Origin: Lama guanicoe
Lineage: Eukaryota
Length of the DNA stretch: 64,000 nucleotides
NCBI GenBank assembly: GCA_013239625.1
Contig: MU055657.1
Coordinates: forward strand, 11,453,689 to 11,517,688
Direction of reading: 5' to 3'
Below, piece by piece: positions 63,051-64,000 of this stretch. Within the stretch, counting starts at the first letter, position 1. Each line of letters begins with the position of its first letter. The position numbers and the translations under genes were made by a program. The notes under the pieces were generated by a model. The model did not search any database. It saw only the letters and a list, made by a program, of their open reading frames with translations, and was not told the DNA's origin.

Positions 63051-63541
63051 TGCGGCAGCCTGTCGGTGAGCCAATGACACGCAGGTTGGTGAAAGAATTT
63101 ACCAGAGGTTAAGTGAAAGAACAGGAAGGAGTTTATTAGGGTATGCTGTCACAGACAACAGTGGCCACACAGGCGAGGGGTGCCTGCGTGAGCACCAAGG
63201 GCCGGTTATTGGGGTCTTTTGTAAGGTTGGGTCACAAGGTCCCTGATCAGCTTTTGCACAAGTTTCTGATTGGCTGTAGGTGAGGTAAGAGGTTTAGGGT
63301 CTGTGAAGCTTTGGTGGGGTTTGACTCTGATAAGGGGCTATTTAGTTTGTTAGGGGAAACATGCCCAGTAAAGAATGTACTTCATCTGAGAGCTCAGAAA
63401 TGTGGGTTGTTGGACTTTGAAGGACGTCAGTGGGCCCAGCATCTTCCAGATGGGTTTCAATTGCATCTGTCTGCCTTCCCTGCTGCATGTGGAGGCACAC
63501 TTCATGTTCACTATCTGAGGCTGCCCTGCATTAACCTCGCA
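63051..63541 (-). mobile_element. ERV-type solo LTR
   Basis: TGCG...CGCA termini; minus-strand AATAAA (63132-63137) and CCAAT (63269-63273) in LTR order; CpG-richer than flanks. TSD not evident. Confidence 0.55.
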
Positions 63542-63689
63542 GAAAAATTTGAGCAGAGAAACTGTAAAACATAAGAAGAGCAGAGTTTTTTTTCTCAAAG
63601 TCTTATTAATCATATTTTCAAAGGGATCAAAGTCTTGACAACTTTTTCTGATTTTCTGGTCACGTAAAGGAAGCTCTTCAAACAATCAG

Positions 63690-63960
63690 ACAAAATGTAT
63701 TAAATTTGCATCTACTCTTGTCCAGAACTATACCCGGGCACTGTAAGGGACGTGGCATTTTTAAAATATAAGACATGGTCCTTGCTCCTACTCAGCTTAA
63801 AATTTAACCAAAACTATTTAGAGAGCAATAAAAAGGCAATCGGGGGGAAGGGAGGTCTCAGGAGGAACAGCAAGACCTTGAACTGTTAGGACTCGTGGAG
63901 AGGTAGGAGGAACAGCAGCCTGGGAATAGCAAGATTAAAGGCATGAGGGAGGGGACGCTG
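63690..63960 (-). mobile_element. L2 3' fragment
   Basis: 'gggcactgtaaggga...aagacatggtccttgctc', 'ggaatagcaagattaaaggcatgagg'. Confidence 0.55.
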
Positions 63961-64000
63961 CTTTTAGAATTTTCAGGAACACTGGGTAAGCCTAAGAGAA

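Noticed and set aside
1-64000. CRISPR array, prokaryotic operon, CpG-island promoter, or non-retroviral endogenous viral element
   Set aside because: The sequence is mammalian and CpG-depleted throughout. I saw no regularly spaced repeats, no CpG island and no viral protein motif other than the ERV env remnant.

Overview
AT-rich eutherian genomic DNA, very probably a camelid (camel, llama or alpaca). This is inferred from two copies of a tRNA-derived SINE and a young L1 3' end that I recognise from camelid genomes. The window looks intronic or intergenic and is dominated by transposon relics: stacked old L1s (nearly all + strand), a HAL1-like piece, MIR and L2 fragments, MaLR/ERVL solo LTRs (several nested), a truncated ERV1 provirus with an internally deleted env remnant, a MER41-like solo LTR, and MER53. 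There are also microsatellites and four ~130-150 nt N gaps. I cannot support any complete protein-coding gene, and almost all listed ORFs are chance frames. The best non-TE leads are: (i) a 102-nt coiled-coil-type candidate exon at 62629-62730, about 1.1 kb downstream of a sense LTR with intact-looking promoter motifs; (ii) a very degraded RPS11-like processed pseudogene at about 46022-46427; (iii) a TSD-flanked orphan 3'UTR-like retroposed fragment at 45011-45273; (iv) a scattered set of minus-strand exon-like segments that could form a lncRNA. Repeat family names come from remembered consensus sequences, not a database search. I found no convincing novel biological system; the leads are hypotheses.
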